The translations under genes were made by a program, and so were the position numbers. DNA of 64,000 nt, from contig PHBC01000002.1 in NCBI GenBank assembly GCA_002840505.1, forward strand, positions 517,544 through 581,543, given 5' to 3'. This DNA comes from Deltaproteobacteria bacterium HGW-Deltaproteobacteria-2 (GTDB lineage Bacteria > Desulfobacterota > Syntrophia > Syntrophales > Smithellaceae). Shown piece after piece: positions 33,242 through 42,567 of the stretch. Under the pieces are notes generated by a model. It saw only the letters and a program-made list of their open reading frames with translations, did no database searches and had not been told where the DNA came from. Within the stretch, counting starts at the first letter, position 1, and each line of letters begins with the position of its first letter.

Positions 33242-33613
33242 ATGTACGAAGTTACAATTATAAAATCGTTTTCTTCAGCACATCTTCTGTCCCAAATCGG
33301 CGGAAAATGCGAGGAACTGCATGGCCACAATTTCAAAGTGGAAGTGACTGTTTGGGCAATGGATTTAAAAGAATCGGGATTGCTGATCGACTTTCGGATA
33401 GTTAAAAAATGGCTGGATGAGATTCTGGATCAAATGGACCATAAACACTTAAATGAGCTTCCCTTTTTTTCCGGAATCAATCCATCAGCGGAAAATATAG
33501 CTAAATATATATGCGAAGAAATGGCACTAAAAGTTAAAATATCCGGGGTCAAAGTGGCGCGTATAAAAATCTGGGAATCGGAAAATGCAGCTGTTACTTA
33601 TATACCCCAATAA
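33242..33613 (+). CDS. queD: 6-carboxy-5,6,7,8-tetrahydropterin synthase
   Basis: The size (~123 aa from the ATG at 33242, RBS AAGGTGGA) and the motifs FSSAHLL … CEELHGHNFKVEV fit the PTPS/QueD family. Confidence 0.85.
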   Translation: MYEVTIIKSFSSAHLLSQIGGKCEELHGHNFKVEVTVWAMDLKESGLLIDFRIVKKWLDEILDQMDHKHLNELPFFSGINPSAENIAKYICEEMALKVKISGVKVARIKIWESENAAVTYIPQ

Positions 33614-33646
33614 CGTTAAAACATCTTTTTAAATAATTGCTTTATT

Positions 33647-34414
33647 ATGATTGACATTCAAAACCAGAAAGATTTTCGCAATATAGATATTAAAAAAGTC
33701 GGCGTGAAAAATATAAAATACCCGATTATCGTCCTTGACCGGGTTAAAGGAACACAGATTGTCAACGCAACGATAAATATGTACGTCAATTTGCCTCATC
33801 ATTTCAAAGGCACACACATGAGCCGTTTTATAGAGGCGCTCAATGAATTTAAAGGCCAAATCAGCATTAAAACTTTTCAGTCAATTTTGGAGAAGACAAG
33901 ACAAAAGCTGCATGCGCATTCCGCTCATATGGAAATTGAATTCGCTTATTTTCTGGAAAAAACGGCCCCCGTTTCCAAAGCGAAAAGTCTCATGGAGTAC
34001 CACTGTATATTTTGCGGAGAAAGTAACGCAGAAAAGTCCGATTTCCAGGTGGGAGTCATGGTTCCCGTTACAACCGTCTGCCCCTGCTCACGCGAAATAA
34101 GCCAGTTTGGAGCTCATAATCAGCGCAGCATCGTAACAACAAAGGTCCGTTTCAGAAAATTTTTCTGGATAGAAGATTTGATAAAAATTGTGGAAGATTC
34201 CGCCAGTGGTGAGGTATACTCCCTTTTAAAAAGAGTGGATGAAAAATACGTAACGGAAAAGGCCTATGAAAACCCCAAATTTGTTGAAGACGTCGTTCGC
34301 AGCGTTGCAGTGAAACTAAATAAAGACGATAATTTTACCTGGTATTGCATTGAAGCGGAAAATTTTGAAAGCATTCACAATCACAGCGCTTACGCTTATG
34401 TAGAGAAAGGATAA
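33647..34414 (+). CDS. folE2: GTP cyclohydrolase I type 2 (FolE2/MptA family)
   Basis: [15 protein letters not shown]…, [12 protein letters not shown] and [11 protein letters not shown] are characteristic of GTP cyclohydrolase IB. Confidence 0.85.
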   Translation: MIDIQNQKDFRNIDIKKVGVKNIKYPIIVLDRVKGTQIVNATINMYVNLPHHFKGTHMSRFIEALNEFKGQISIKTFQSILEKTRQKLHAHSAHMEIEFAYFLEKTAPVSKAKSLMEYHCIFCGESNAEKSDFQVGVMVPVTTVCPCSREISQFGAHNQRSIVTTKVRFRKFFWIEDLIKIVEDSASGEVYSLLKRVDEKYVTEKAYENPKFVEDVVRSVAVKLNKDDNFTWYCIEAENFESIHNHSAYAYVEKG

Positions 34415-34418
34415 ATTC

Positions 34419-36488
34419 ATGCCGGCAAGAAAAAAGAATGAGTTCTTTAATTTGTATAATCATGGTTTTATTCGCACCGCTGTTTGCATTCCGGAACTGA
34501 AGGTTGCCGATACCGTTTTCAACACGCAAAGAACTATTGAACTGGCTCGGGAAGCATCTTCTCATAAGGCAATTCTGACCATTTTTCCGGAGTTGGGATT
34601 ATCCGCTTATTCCAATGAAGATCTGTTTCATCAGGACGCTCTACTGCGGGGCGTTCGTGAAGCTATTACCGAAATTAAAAAAGCGTCTGAAAAGATCAAT
34701 ACCATTATCGTAACCGGCGCACCACTGCAAGTTGATTGCCGTCTTTTCAATTGCGCTGTTGTCTTTTACCACGGGCAAATACTAGGTGTGGCCGTAAAAT
34801 CATACCTGCCTAATTATCGTGAGTTTTATGAAGCCAGACAATTCACTCCCGCCGTCAATGCATTTTCTTACCAGATAGAATTAGCCGGGCAGAAAAATAT
34901 TCCTTTTGGTGCTGATATTATATTTAAAGCTGCCAATATTAATAATTTCATTTTTTTTCTCGAACTTTGCGAAGATTTATGGGTTCCTATCCCGCCATCA
35001 AGTTTTGCGGCAATGACCGGAGCTACCGTTATCGGCAATTTATCAGCGTCCAACATCACCATCGGCAAATCCGAATACCGCCATCAGCTTGCCTCTAATC
35101 AATCAGCTCGCTTAGTCGCCGCTTATCTTTACGCTGCCGCCGGCCCCGGCGAATCCACGACCGATCTGGCCTGGGACGGCCATGCCATGATTTACGAAAA
35201 CGGCAATATCCTTGCCGAATCCGCCCGCTTCGCGCAAAAGGCTCAAATAATTTACAGCGATCTGGATCTTGACCGTCTGGCGCAGGACAGGATGCGCTTA
35301 ACTTCCTTCAGTCAGAACGCCGCCGCTCATAAAGAAAAAGTTTTATCCTTCCGTAGAACGGAATTTAATGTAAGCGTTCCCAATGGAAAGATTCTGTTAA
35401 ATAGAGAATATCCCCGTTTTCCTTACATTCCGGCCGATCCTTCCAAACGCGACCAGCGCTGTTATGAAGCTTACAACATACAGGTTCAGGGCTTATCAAA
35501 ACGTTTGAAGTCGTCAGGCATATCTAGTATTGTTATTGGTGTTTCCGGAGGCCTTGATTCCACTCACGCTCTTATTGTAGCCGCAAAAACAATGGATTCT
35601 CTGAACTTACCCAGATCGAATGTTAAGGCCTACACCATGCCTGGCTTTGCAACGTCCGCGAAAACCTACAACAATGCTTTAAAACTGATGAAAGCACTTG
35701 GCGTGGAAACAAATGAAATCGACATCAAACCAGCCTGTCTGCAAATGTTAAAAGATATTAAACATCCATACGCTAAGGGTAAAAAAACCTTCGATATTAC
35801 TTTTGAAAACGTTCAGGCCGGACAACGTACGGCGCATCTTTTCCGCCTCGCCAACATGCGTAACGCTCTGGTAGTAGGCACGGGAGATTTAAGCGAACTG
35901 GCTTTAGGCTGGAGTACTTACGGAATTGGCGATCATATGTCGCATTATAACGTCAATGCCAGCGTTCCCAAAACTCTTATCCAACATTTAATTCGCTGGG
36001 TCGTAAATACCAATCAATTTTCACGGGAAGTTTCTAAAATTCTCATTGATGTTCTGGAAACGGAAATATCTCCTGAATTGATTCCCGGCAAAACGGGCAG
36101 CCAACCCAATCAAAAATCAGAAAACACTGTTGGCCCTTATGAGCTTCAGGATTTTAATAATTTTTATATAACCCGTTTCGGCTATCTGCCTTCAAAAGTA
36201 GCGTTCTTGGCTTATCATGCCTGGAGGGATAAAACAAAAGGTCTCTGGCCGGACATTGCCACAGATAAAAGAAACGCCTACAGTTTGAAAGAAATTAAAA
36301 AATGGCTTTATGTTTATTTGTACAGATTTTTTAAAACTTCTCAGTATAAACGCTCGTGCGTACCCAATGGACCTAAAGTAGGTTCCGGCGGATCGCTTTC
36401 ACCGCGCGGCGACTACCGCGCTCCCAGTGACAGCGAAGCCGAAATCTGGCTGAAAAATTGGGGAAATATTCCTGATTCCGGAGGGTGA
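34419..36488 (+). CDS. nadE: Glutamine-dependent NAD+ synthetase (long form, CN-hydrolase + synthetase domains)
   Basis: 689 aa with an N-terminal nitrilase-like domain, the PP-loop [12 protein letters not shown] and the C-terminal synthetase region. Confidence 0.9.
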   Translation: MPARKKNEFFNLYNHGFIRTAVCIPELKVADTVFNTQRTIELAREASSHKAILTIFPELGLSAYSNEDLFHQDALLRGVREAITEIKKASEKINTIIVTGAPLQVDCRLFNCAVVFYHGQILGVAVKSYLPNYREFYEARQFTPAVNAFSYQIELAGQKNIPFGADIIFKAANINNFIFFLELCEDLWVPIPPSSFAAMTGATVIGNLSASNITIGKSEYRHQLASNQSARLVAAYLYAAAGPGESTTDLAWDGHAMIYENGNILAESARFAQKAQIIYSDLDLDRLAQDRMRLTSFSQNAAAHKEKVLSFRRTEFNVSVPNGKILLNREYPRFPYIPADPSKRDQRCYEAYNIQVQGLSKRLKSSGISSIVIGVSGGLDSTHALIVAAKTMDSLNLPRSNVKAYTMPGFATSAKTYNNALKLMKALGVETNEIDIKPACLQMLKDIKHPYAKGKKTFDITFENVQAGQRTAHLFRLANMRNALVVGTGDLSELALGWSTYGIGDHMSHYNVNASVPKTLIQHLIRWVVNTNQFSREVSKILIDVLETEISPELIPGKTGSQPNQKSENTVGPYELQDFNNFYITRFGYLPSKVAFLAYHAWRDKTKGLWPDIATDKRNAYSLKEIKKWLYVYLYRFFKTSQYKRSCVPNGPKVGSGGSLSPRGDYRAPSDSEAEIWLKNWGNIPDSGG

Positions 36489-36491
36489 CAA

Positions 36492-36695
36492 TTGAAAATG
36501 AGGGAAACCTACAAAGATTTTGATGCCACAGAATTGTTCTGTCCTCGATACAAAAGAGCTGTTGCCGTAAGAAAAAGATTGTTGCTGATTCTCCAGGAAG
36601 GAGAAAAGTATGATTATTGTTGCGTCTATTGCGGAACTTCCGTGGGTGATAAACTGGTCAAAGCAAATATGAATTCAAAACTTATACTTTGCTGA
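36492..36695 (+). CDS. Small Cys-rich (zinc-ribbon-like) hypothetical protein
   Basis: A 67-aa ORF starting 4 nt after the nadE stop. It has the Cys pairs FCPRY … CCVYCG. There is no family assignment, so coding status is uncertain. Confidence 0.35.
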   Translation: MKMRETYKDFDATELFCPRYKRAVAVRKRLLLILQEGEKYDYCCVYCGTSVGDKLVKANMNSKLILC

Positions 36696-36697
36696 TA

Positions 36698-37168
36698 TTA
36701 TTTCTCCGGTTTATTTTTTTGTAGAGCTTTTTTCAATTTTTCGGCAAGCATTCCTGAACCGACAGAAACTTGCGAATCATCATACACCAGACTTACCTCT
36801 TTACTATGCGCATCACCCCCGAGGTATTCCGCCAAGACTCCCCGGCTATGAACATCTTCATGGCAATAGGCGCAAAGATTTTCCCAGTTGCTTCCATCAG
36901 CAGGATTATTGCTGTGATTGCCGTCTTTATGATGAACGGTCAAAAGTTTCCTTTTCGATCCGGGAAACTCCCGGCCGCAACGGGCGCAAACAAGACCATT
37001 AATTGCCAATGATTTTTCCCGGTAATCCTCTCCTGCCGTAGTTTTTTGAGAATCTTTCATTTCCCGAACTAAGTCTTCCGCTGATTTTACCGTTTCCACA
37101 ACAGGCAAGACCGATTTTTTTTGAACTTTAACGCTGCCCCATTTACTGGAGAATGTTACTTTTGCCAT
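36698..37168 (-). CDS. yajD: HNH nuclease family protein (YajD-like)
   Basis: CARCGREF … HHKDGNHSNNPADGSNWENLCAYCHEDVH forms an HNH/zinc-finger core. Confidence 0.7.
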   Translation of the reverse strand: MAKVTFSSKWGSVKVQKKSVLPVVETVKSAEDLVREMKDSQKTTAGEDYREKSLAINGLVCARCGREFPGSKRKLLTVHHKDGNHSNNPADGSNWENLCAYCHEDVHSRGVLAEYLGGDAHSKEVSLVYDDSQVSVGSGMLAEKLKKALQKNKPEK

Positions 37169-37183
37169 TATAATTTCCCCGTA

Positions 37184-37579
37184 TTAAGCTTTTTGTTTTT
37201 TTACAAGAACATCTATAAAAACGCTTATTCCTTTTATAATTGCAATAATATTTTTAAAGGAACTAAAAACAGGCAATTTCATGGCCAGAGGTGCAAAGTA
37301 TTGTATATTGTCAATAACATCATTTATAACCGATCCGGAACGGTTTGTGGTATCAGAAAAATTCTGAATTTTTTTGTTAATCACCGATGTGGAGTTATTA
37401 ACATTTGCGGTAATCTCTTCCATGTTTTTCAATATGGTGGGCAAACTTTTATTCATAGTTTGCAACGTGATTGTCAAATCTTTCGATACACGCCATATCT
37501 GTAAAAGAACGGGAATACAAAATATTATCAGCAGAATAAGAATAACAACTAAAATTAATAAGCCTATTTCTAAATCCAT
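37184..37579 (-). CDS. DUF948-like membrane-anchored coiled-coil protein
   Basis: An N-terminal TM (LLILVVILILLIIFCIPVLL) is followed by a helical region. It is paired with a YtxH-like gene. Confidence 0.55.
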   Translation of the reverse strand: MDLEIGLLILVVILILLIIFCIPVLLQIWRVSKDLTITLQTMNKSLPTILKNMEEITANVNNSTSVINKKIQNFSDTTNRSGSVINDVIDNIQYFAPLAMKLPVFSSFKNIIAIIKGISVFIDVLVKKQKA

Positions 37580-37642
37580 TGATTTTCTCCTTAATTATTT
37601 ATTCTATTTTTATAATTTATTTTTAACTGCTGTAATTAATAA

Positions 37643-38026
37643 TCAATTTGTTTTTTTGATACTTTCTTCTTTGTAAGCTTCTAATCCCGCATCGACCGCT
37701 TTTCTCAACCTAATTTTATTATCCTCGATAACTTCGGAGCCTTGTTGAGCAAATTCATTTATCCGCCCTTCCACTTCCTCCATTTTTTCTTTTGCCGATA
37801 TTTCCAAATCCTTCAAATGCTTAACAGTTGTTTCACAAATCGCTTTACCTTTTTCTATGGCATTTTCATACCCTTCTTTGGCATGCTCTAAGAATTCATC
37901 TGTTTTGCGGATGATATCCTCTCGTGTCTCCTTGCCGCTTTTGGGCGCAAACAATATTCCCAGAGCAACTCCAATCAATCCGCCAATAAATAAACCTTTT
38001 AATAAATCACCGCTTTTTTCGGACAT
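37643..38026 (-). CDS. YtxH-domain protein
   Basis: GLFIGGLIGVALGILFAPKSGKETREDI is the typical YtxH N-terminus. The rest is a charged helical region. Confidence 0.7.
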   Translation of the reverse strand: MSEKSGDLLKGLFIGGLIGVALGILFAPKSGKETREDIIRKTDEFLEHAKEGYENAIEKGKAICETTVKHLKDLEISAKEKMEEVEGRINEFAQQGSEVIEDNKIRLRKAVDAGLEAYKEESIKKTN

Positions 38027-38194
38027 AAAACACCTCCAAAGTTATTCATATTCAATTTCTTTTGCATGTAACATTTTTTATAAGAAAGGAAAAAACTTCC
38101 AGCAAGATATTTCAATGCCATCTTACCCGGAATTACAAATAATTTAATTTTTTTGCATTATAACACAATAAAATAATTTAAGCCTTATATAGAA

Positions 38195-38232
38195 TAAAAA
38201 ATCGGACATTCACAAAAATGTAAATGTCCGAT
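38195..38232 (-). terminator. Intrinsic terminator after the small lipoprotein gene
   Basis: The stem ATCGGACATT / AATGTCCGAT has a 12-nt loop. An A-run at 38195-38200 gives a U-tract on the minus transcript. Confidence 0.6.
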
Positions 38233-38263
38233 TAATTTGTCCTGCGACTTTATTTTAAAGCAA

Positions 38264-38452
38264 TTATTTTGCAGGTGCCGGTGCGGCTTCAGGAGCAGGT
38301 ACTGCAGTAGCTGCAGGTGCAGGAGCAACAGGTACTTCGACTTTAGGAGCCTCTGCTGGTGCCGGCTCTTCAGCTTTTTTACAGCCTACGACTGCAAAAG
38401 ATAAAGAAGCAACAAAAAGCATAGCGACAAAAATAGCAAATATTTTTTTCAT
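38264..38452 (-). CDS. Small Ala/Pro-rich lipoprotein
   Basis: It has a signal peptide with a lipobox (SFAVVGC), followed by AEEPAPAEAPKVEVPVAPAPA… An RBS AAAGGAGG lies upstream. Confidence 0.55.
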   Translation of the reverse strand: MKKIFAIFVAMLFVASLSFAVVGCKKAEEPAPAEAPKVEVPVAPAPAATAVPAPEAAPAPAK

Positions 38453-38665
38453 TAACGCCTAACCTCCTTTCAAAGATTTCGTAATGCCCGGCTTAAACAA
38501 GCCAAGTCTTTGTATTGAAGGGGAAGAATACGCTTTTTTTTCACCTTGTCAAGAACAAATTTAACAATTCTTTAAGGTGTATGCATGTATTGTAAGTAAG
38601 TTTTATATATGCTATTTAACTCATAATTAAGAAACCTTTGCGAAAATTTTATAATTTAATTGTAT

Positions 38666-39466
38666 ATGAAAAAACATACTCATAAGTATTTAGAAAAAAT
38701 GGAAGAATTGAAGCAATTAATCAAAAAACTCCGTGCGCCAGACGGCTGTCCCTGGGATCAACAACAAAAGAAGGAGGATATAAGGAAATATATCTTGGAA
38801 GAGGCTTATGAAGTAGTTGATTCTATTGACAAGGGAAGTCCTCAAGCTATAAAAGAAGAATTGGGCGATTTACTCTTTCAAATATTATTTCTGACTGAAA
38901 TATGCTCCGAATCAAACCTTTTTTCTCTGAGTGATGTTCTGGACGGAATTATAACAAAAATGATCCGGCGGCACCCGCATGTTTTTGGCAGTAAAAAAGT
39001 AAACTCCGTGCAGGAAGTGAAGGAAAACTGGCAGCAAATAAAGAAATTAGAACGAAAAAATAAAAATGTTGAAGAAGATTTGTTTTCCGGCGTTCCTCTT
39101 TCATTTCCGGCTTTGAAAAGAGCTCAAAAAATAACAGCCATTGCTTCTGCTTACGGTTTCGATTGGTCCAAAACGCAGGATGTAATAAATAAATTGAAAG
39201 AAGAAATTAAAGAGCTAAGAACTGCCGTAAAAAACAGCAATGAAGATGAGATTGAAGAAGAATTAGGCGATATCTTATTTACCCTGGTCAATGTAAGCCG
39301 TTTCTTGTCTGTTGACGCGGAAAACGCCTTATCAAAAACAACAGAAAAGTTTTTACGCCGATTTTCTTATCTGACTGAACAATTATCCGCTAGAGGCATA
39401 CCCATTAAAGATGCAACTTTAGCCCAAATGGATGCGCTCTGGAATGAAGCAAAATCAAGGGTATGA
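38666..39466 (+). CDS. mazG: Nucleoside triphosphate pyrophosphohydrolase MazG
   Basis: It has two MazG repeats with EEAYEVVDSI…ELGDLLFQI and EELGDILFTLVNVSRF. The N-terminus reads LRAPDGCPWD. Confidence 0.85.
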   Translation: MKKHTHKYLEKMEELKQLIKKLRAPDGCPWDQQQKKEDIRKYILEEAYEVVDSIDKGSPQAIKEELGDLLFQILFLTEICSESNLFSLSDVLDGIITKMIRRHPHVFGSKKVNSVQEVKENWQQIKKLERKNKNVEEDLFSGVPLSFPALKRAQKITAIASAYGFDWSKTQDVINKLKEEIKELRTAVKNSNEDEIEEELGDILFTLVNVSRFLSVDAENALSKTTEKFLRRFSYLTEQLSARGIPIKDATLAQMDALWNEAKSRV

Positions 39467-39479
39467 ATCCCTCAGCTTT

Positions 39480-39496
39480 GTCCCGATTCATCGGGG
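39480..39496. repeat. Short dispersed hairpin GTCCCGATTCATCGGGG (copy 1)
   Basis: A 16-nt core, GTCCCGATTCATCGGG, is identical at 46390-46405. The stem is CCCGA/TCGGG and the location is intergenic. Confidence 0.6.
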
Positions 39497-39598
39497 TTCA
39501 ACTTACCGGCTCCGATACGCCCATAGCGACCCCGTGGTGCCCTTCAGTGTATTTAGGTTATTCGCTGAAACTGGAGTTTCACAAACAAAGGATTGAAT

Positions 39599-39790
39599 AT
39601 GAAATATTTTCTCTGCGTAGTGGGCATGGTTTTTATCATTGAAGGTTTGCCTTACTTTCTCTTCCCGGAAAAATTGAAAATCTATTTGCTTAAAATAACA
39701 ACTATCGATGACTCCGCTTTACGATTTTTAGGAATATCCGCAATGATTTTCGGGCTGATTCTGCTGTATTTCGGACGAAACCGAGAGTAA
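39599..39790 (+). CDS. DUF2065-like small membrane protein
   Basis: A two-TM small protein (MKYFLCVVGMVFIIEGLPYFLFPEKL…). The ATG at 39599 has AAGGA upstream. Confidence 0.55.
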   Translation: MKYFLCVVGMVFIIEGLPYFLFPEKLKIYLLKITTIDDSALRFLGISAMIFGLILLYFGRNRE

Positions 39791-39857
39791 TTATATTGAC
39801 ATCCACATCGTAATCTGATTATTTGCCAAAACTTTTTCATTTTGCACAAAGAGATAT

Positions 39858-40895
39858 ATGGAATTAAAAGATTTTTCATATTTTTTACCCGATGAACTCA
39901 TCGCTCAGCACCCCTGCCAAAAGCGGGACCAATCACACTTGCTTGTTCTGGACAAGAAGAAAGAAAAAATGGCGGATTTCTCTTTTTTTCAACTACCTGA
40001 TTTCTTACAAAGCGGTGATGTTCTCGTCATTAACGATTCTCGTGTTATTCCCGCAAGACTTTTTGGTAAAAAGCCGACCGGAGGCATTCTGGAAATATTG
40101 CTTTTAACCAGGAAAGCAAATGAAAAAGATTCTCAAACATGGGAAGTGCTGCTAAGATCTGCCAAGAAACTGCAGGAGAATGATGTTATAGACCTCGGCA
40201 ATAAATGCGAGGCAAAGGTTTTAGCCCGCATATCTGATAAAAAATGGTTGCTGGAATTTTTTTCACTATATGGTTTTGAAGCTTATTTGAATACTTACGG
40301 CCGCGTCCCCCTGCCCCCTTACATTAAGCGTAAAAAAAATGCTGAATCGAATATTACCGACCGCGAACGTTACCAGACTATTTACGCGAAAAATCCGGGC
40401 TCAGTTGCTGCCCCAACCGCAGGACTGCATTTTTCTGCTGATGTTTTGCAAACATTGCAAAAGAAAGGTATTCAAATAGCTCCGATAACTCTACACGTTG
40501 GATATGGAACTTTTATGCCTATCGAAGTAAATGAAGTGGAAAAACATGTTATGGAATCAGAGTATTATGAGATAAATGCGGAGTCCAGCCAAATAATTAA
40601 CAATTCAAAGCGGGTAATTGCGGTGGGAACGACCGCTACCCGCACATTAGAGAGTGTTGCCGATGATGATGGATATATCCCCGCAAAGTCCGGCACTACC
40701 AATTGTTTTATTTATCCCGGTTATAAATTTAAAAGAGTTAAGGGACTTTTAACCAATTTTCATTTGCCGCAATCATCATTATTTTTACTTGTCTGCGCTT
40801 TCGCCGGGACAGACTTAATTAAGAAAGCTTATCAACACGCCGTAGAAAGCCGTTATCTTTTTTATAGTTACGGCGACTGCATGCTTATTATTTAG
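39858..40895 (+). CDS. queA: S-adenosylmethionine:tRNA ribosyltransferase-isomerase
   Basis: F.Y.LP.ELIAQHP at the N-terminus, VPLPPYIKR, and TAGLHFS with VGTTATRTLES. Confidence 0.9.
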   Translation: MELKDFSYFLPDELIAQHPCQKRDQSHLLVLDKKKEKMADFSFFQLPDFLQSGDVLVINDSRVIPARLFGKKPTGGILEILLLTRKANEKDSQTWEVLLRSAKKLQENDVIDLGNKCEAKVLARISDKKWLLEFFSLYGFEAYLNTYGRVPLPPYIKRKKNAESNITDRERYQTIYAKNPGSVAAPTAGLHFSADVLQTLQKKGIQIAPITLHVGYGTFMPIEVNEVEKHVMESEYYEINAESSQIINNSKRVIAVGTTATRTLESVADDDGYIPAKSGTTNCFIYPGYKFKRVKGLLTNFHLPQSSLFLLVCAFAGTDLIKKAYQHAVESRYLFYSYGDCMLII

Positions 40896-40907
40896 GACAA
40901 ATGAAAG

Positions 40908-42020
40908 ATGCCTTTTCAATTTGATTTGATCAAACAAGATTCTGCCACTTCCGCCCGTTTAGGAAAGATGACCACCCCTCACGGTATAGTGAATACACCC
41001 ACGTTTATGCCAGTGGGCACTCAGGGAACAGTTAAATCAATGCTGCCCGAAGAAATCAAAAATTGCGGCGCTGAAATTATTTTAGGCAATACTTATCATT
41101 TATACTTGCGTCCAGGCCATGAAACTATCAAAAAACTGGGCGGTCTGCATCGGTTCATGAATTGGCCGGACCCGATTCTGACCGACAGCGGCGGTTTTCA
41201 GGTATATAGTTTAGGTGCTCTACGTAAAATTACGCCCGAAGGCGTCATATTTCGTTCTCATATTGACGGCTCCAAACATTTCTTAAGTCCTCAGAAAGCT
41301 ATTGAAATCCAGGAAGCGCTCGGTTCGGATATTATGATGTGCCTTGACGAGTGTACACCCTACCCTGCTACATTCTCTCAAACCGAAGAATCTCTGAAAC
41401 TGACTGTAAAATGGGCCGATTTGTGTAAAACGGCGCAAACAAACAATGAGCAGGCGCTTTTTGGCATTATTCAAGGGGGAACTTATCTGGATTTACGTAA
41501 ACAAGCAGTGGAACAATTGATACCTCTTGATTTTGATGGTTACGCTTTAGGCGGAGTCAGCGTAGGCGAACCTAAAGAAATAAAGTATAAAATCACTGAT
41601 TCAATCACTCCTTTATTGCCCGCTAATAAACCGCGTTACCTTATGGGTGTAGGAACTCCGGAAGATATAGTTTTTGCGGTATCATGCGGAATAGATATGT
41701 TTGACTGTGTTATTCCCACCAGATGTGCTCGTCATGGATTATTGTTTACAAATGAGAAAAATGTTGTTATAAAAAACGCCCGTTGGCGGGAAGATAATAA
41801 TCCTATTGAACAAACGTGCGATTGTTATACTTGCCGGAATTATTCCCGGGCATATTTACGTCATCTTTATGTCGCCGGTGAAATATTGGCGATGGTACTG
41901 AATACCATTCACAATGTCCGTTATTATATGCGATTAATGGAGCAAATCAGAACGGCATTAAAAGAAGGTCGTTTTTTAGAATTTAAGAATGATTTTTTAT
42001 TAAAGAAAACAAATTTATAA
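40908..42020 (+). CDS. tgt: tRNA-guanine transglycosylase
   Basis: TPTFMPVGTQGTVK, LTDSGGFQV, and the zinc site CDCYTC…. Confidence 0.9.
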   Translation: MPFQFDLIKQDSATSARLGKMTTPHGIVNTPTFMPVGTQGTVKSMLPEEIKNCGAEIILGNTYHLYLRPGHETIKKLGGLHRFMNWPDPILTDSGGFQVYSLGALRKITPEGVIFRSHIDGSKHFLSPQKAIEIQEALGSDIMMCLDECTPYPATFSQTEESLKLTVKWADLCKTAQTNNEQALFGIIQGGTYLDLRKQAVEQLIPLDFDGYALGGVSVGEPKEIKYKITDSITPLLPANKPRYLMGVGTPEDIVFAVSCGIDMFDCVIPTRCARHGLLFTNEKNVVIKNARWREDNNPIEQTCDCYTCRNYSRAYLRHLYVAGEILAMVLNTIHNVRYYMRLMEQIRTALKEGRFLEFKNDFLLKKTNL

Positions 42021-42201
42021 GAAATCCTGATAAAGATTAAATTTAATACCATTTCTAAATCAAAAATGATATTGAAGCGGCAAGAAAGAAGAGGCAAGAC
42101 AAATTATACAAATATTCCTGAAGTTAATATTCCCGCAAAGATGGGACAGGTCCTGCCAAAAATATTTTTTTTAGCATTACAATAAGGAGGAAGTTAAATT
42201 G

Positions 42202-42549
42202 ATGACTTTAGCATACGCAATGGGCGGTGCTCCGGGTGGAACGGCAACCGGTGGCGGCGATTGGGGTTTTCTCATAACCATGGCAGTAATTTTCGTGATT
42301 TTTTATTTTTTACTGATTCGCCCTCAACAAAAAAAACAAAAAGAACTCAAGGCCATGTTAGATAATCTTGCCTATGGTGACGCAGTAATGACAACCGGAG
42401 GTATTCACGGCAAAATAACAGGTTTAGCCGATTCAGTTATAACCTTAGAAATTGCCGACAAGGTTAGAATAAAAGTCGCACGAAGCGCTATTGGAGCTAT
42501 TATTCAGAAATCCGGTGCAGCGACTCCGACACCTCCAACAAAGTCATAA
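42202..42549 (+). CDS. yajC: Preprotein translocase subunit YajC
   Basis: A single TM followed by LLIRPQQKKQKE and the GGIHGKI motif. It lies upstream of secDF and has the RBS AAGGAGGA. Confidence 0.85.
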   Translation: MTLAYAMGGAPGGTATGGGDWGFLITMAVIFVIFYFLLIRPQQKKQKELKAMLDNLAYGDAVMTTGGIHGKITGLADSVITLEIADKVRIKVARSAIGAIIQKSGAATPTPPTKS

Positions 42550-42567
42550 TATAGAAAGGGGCATTGC

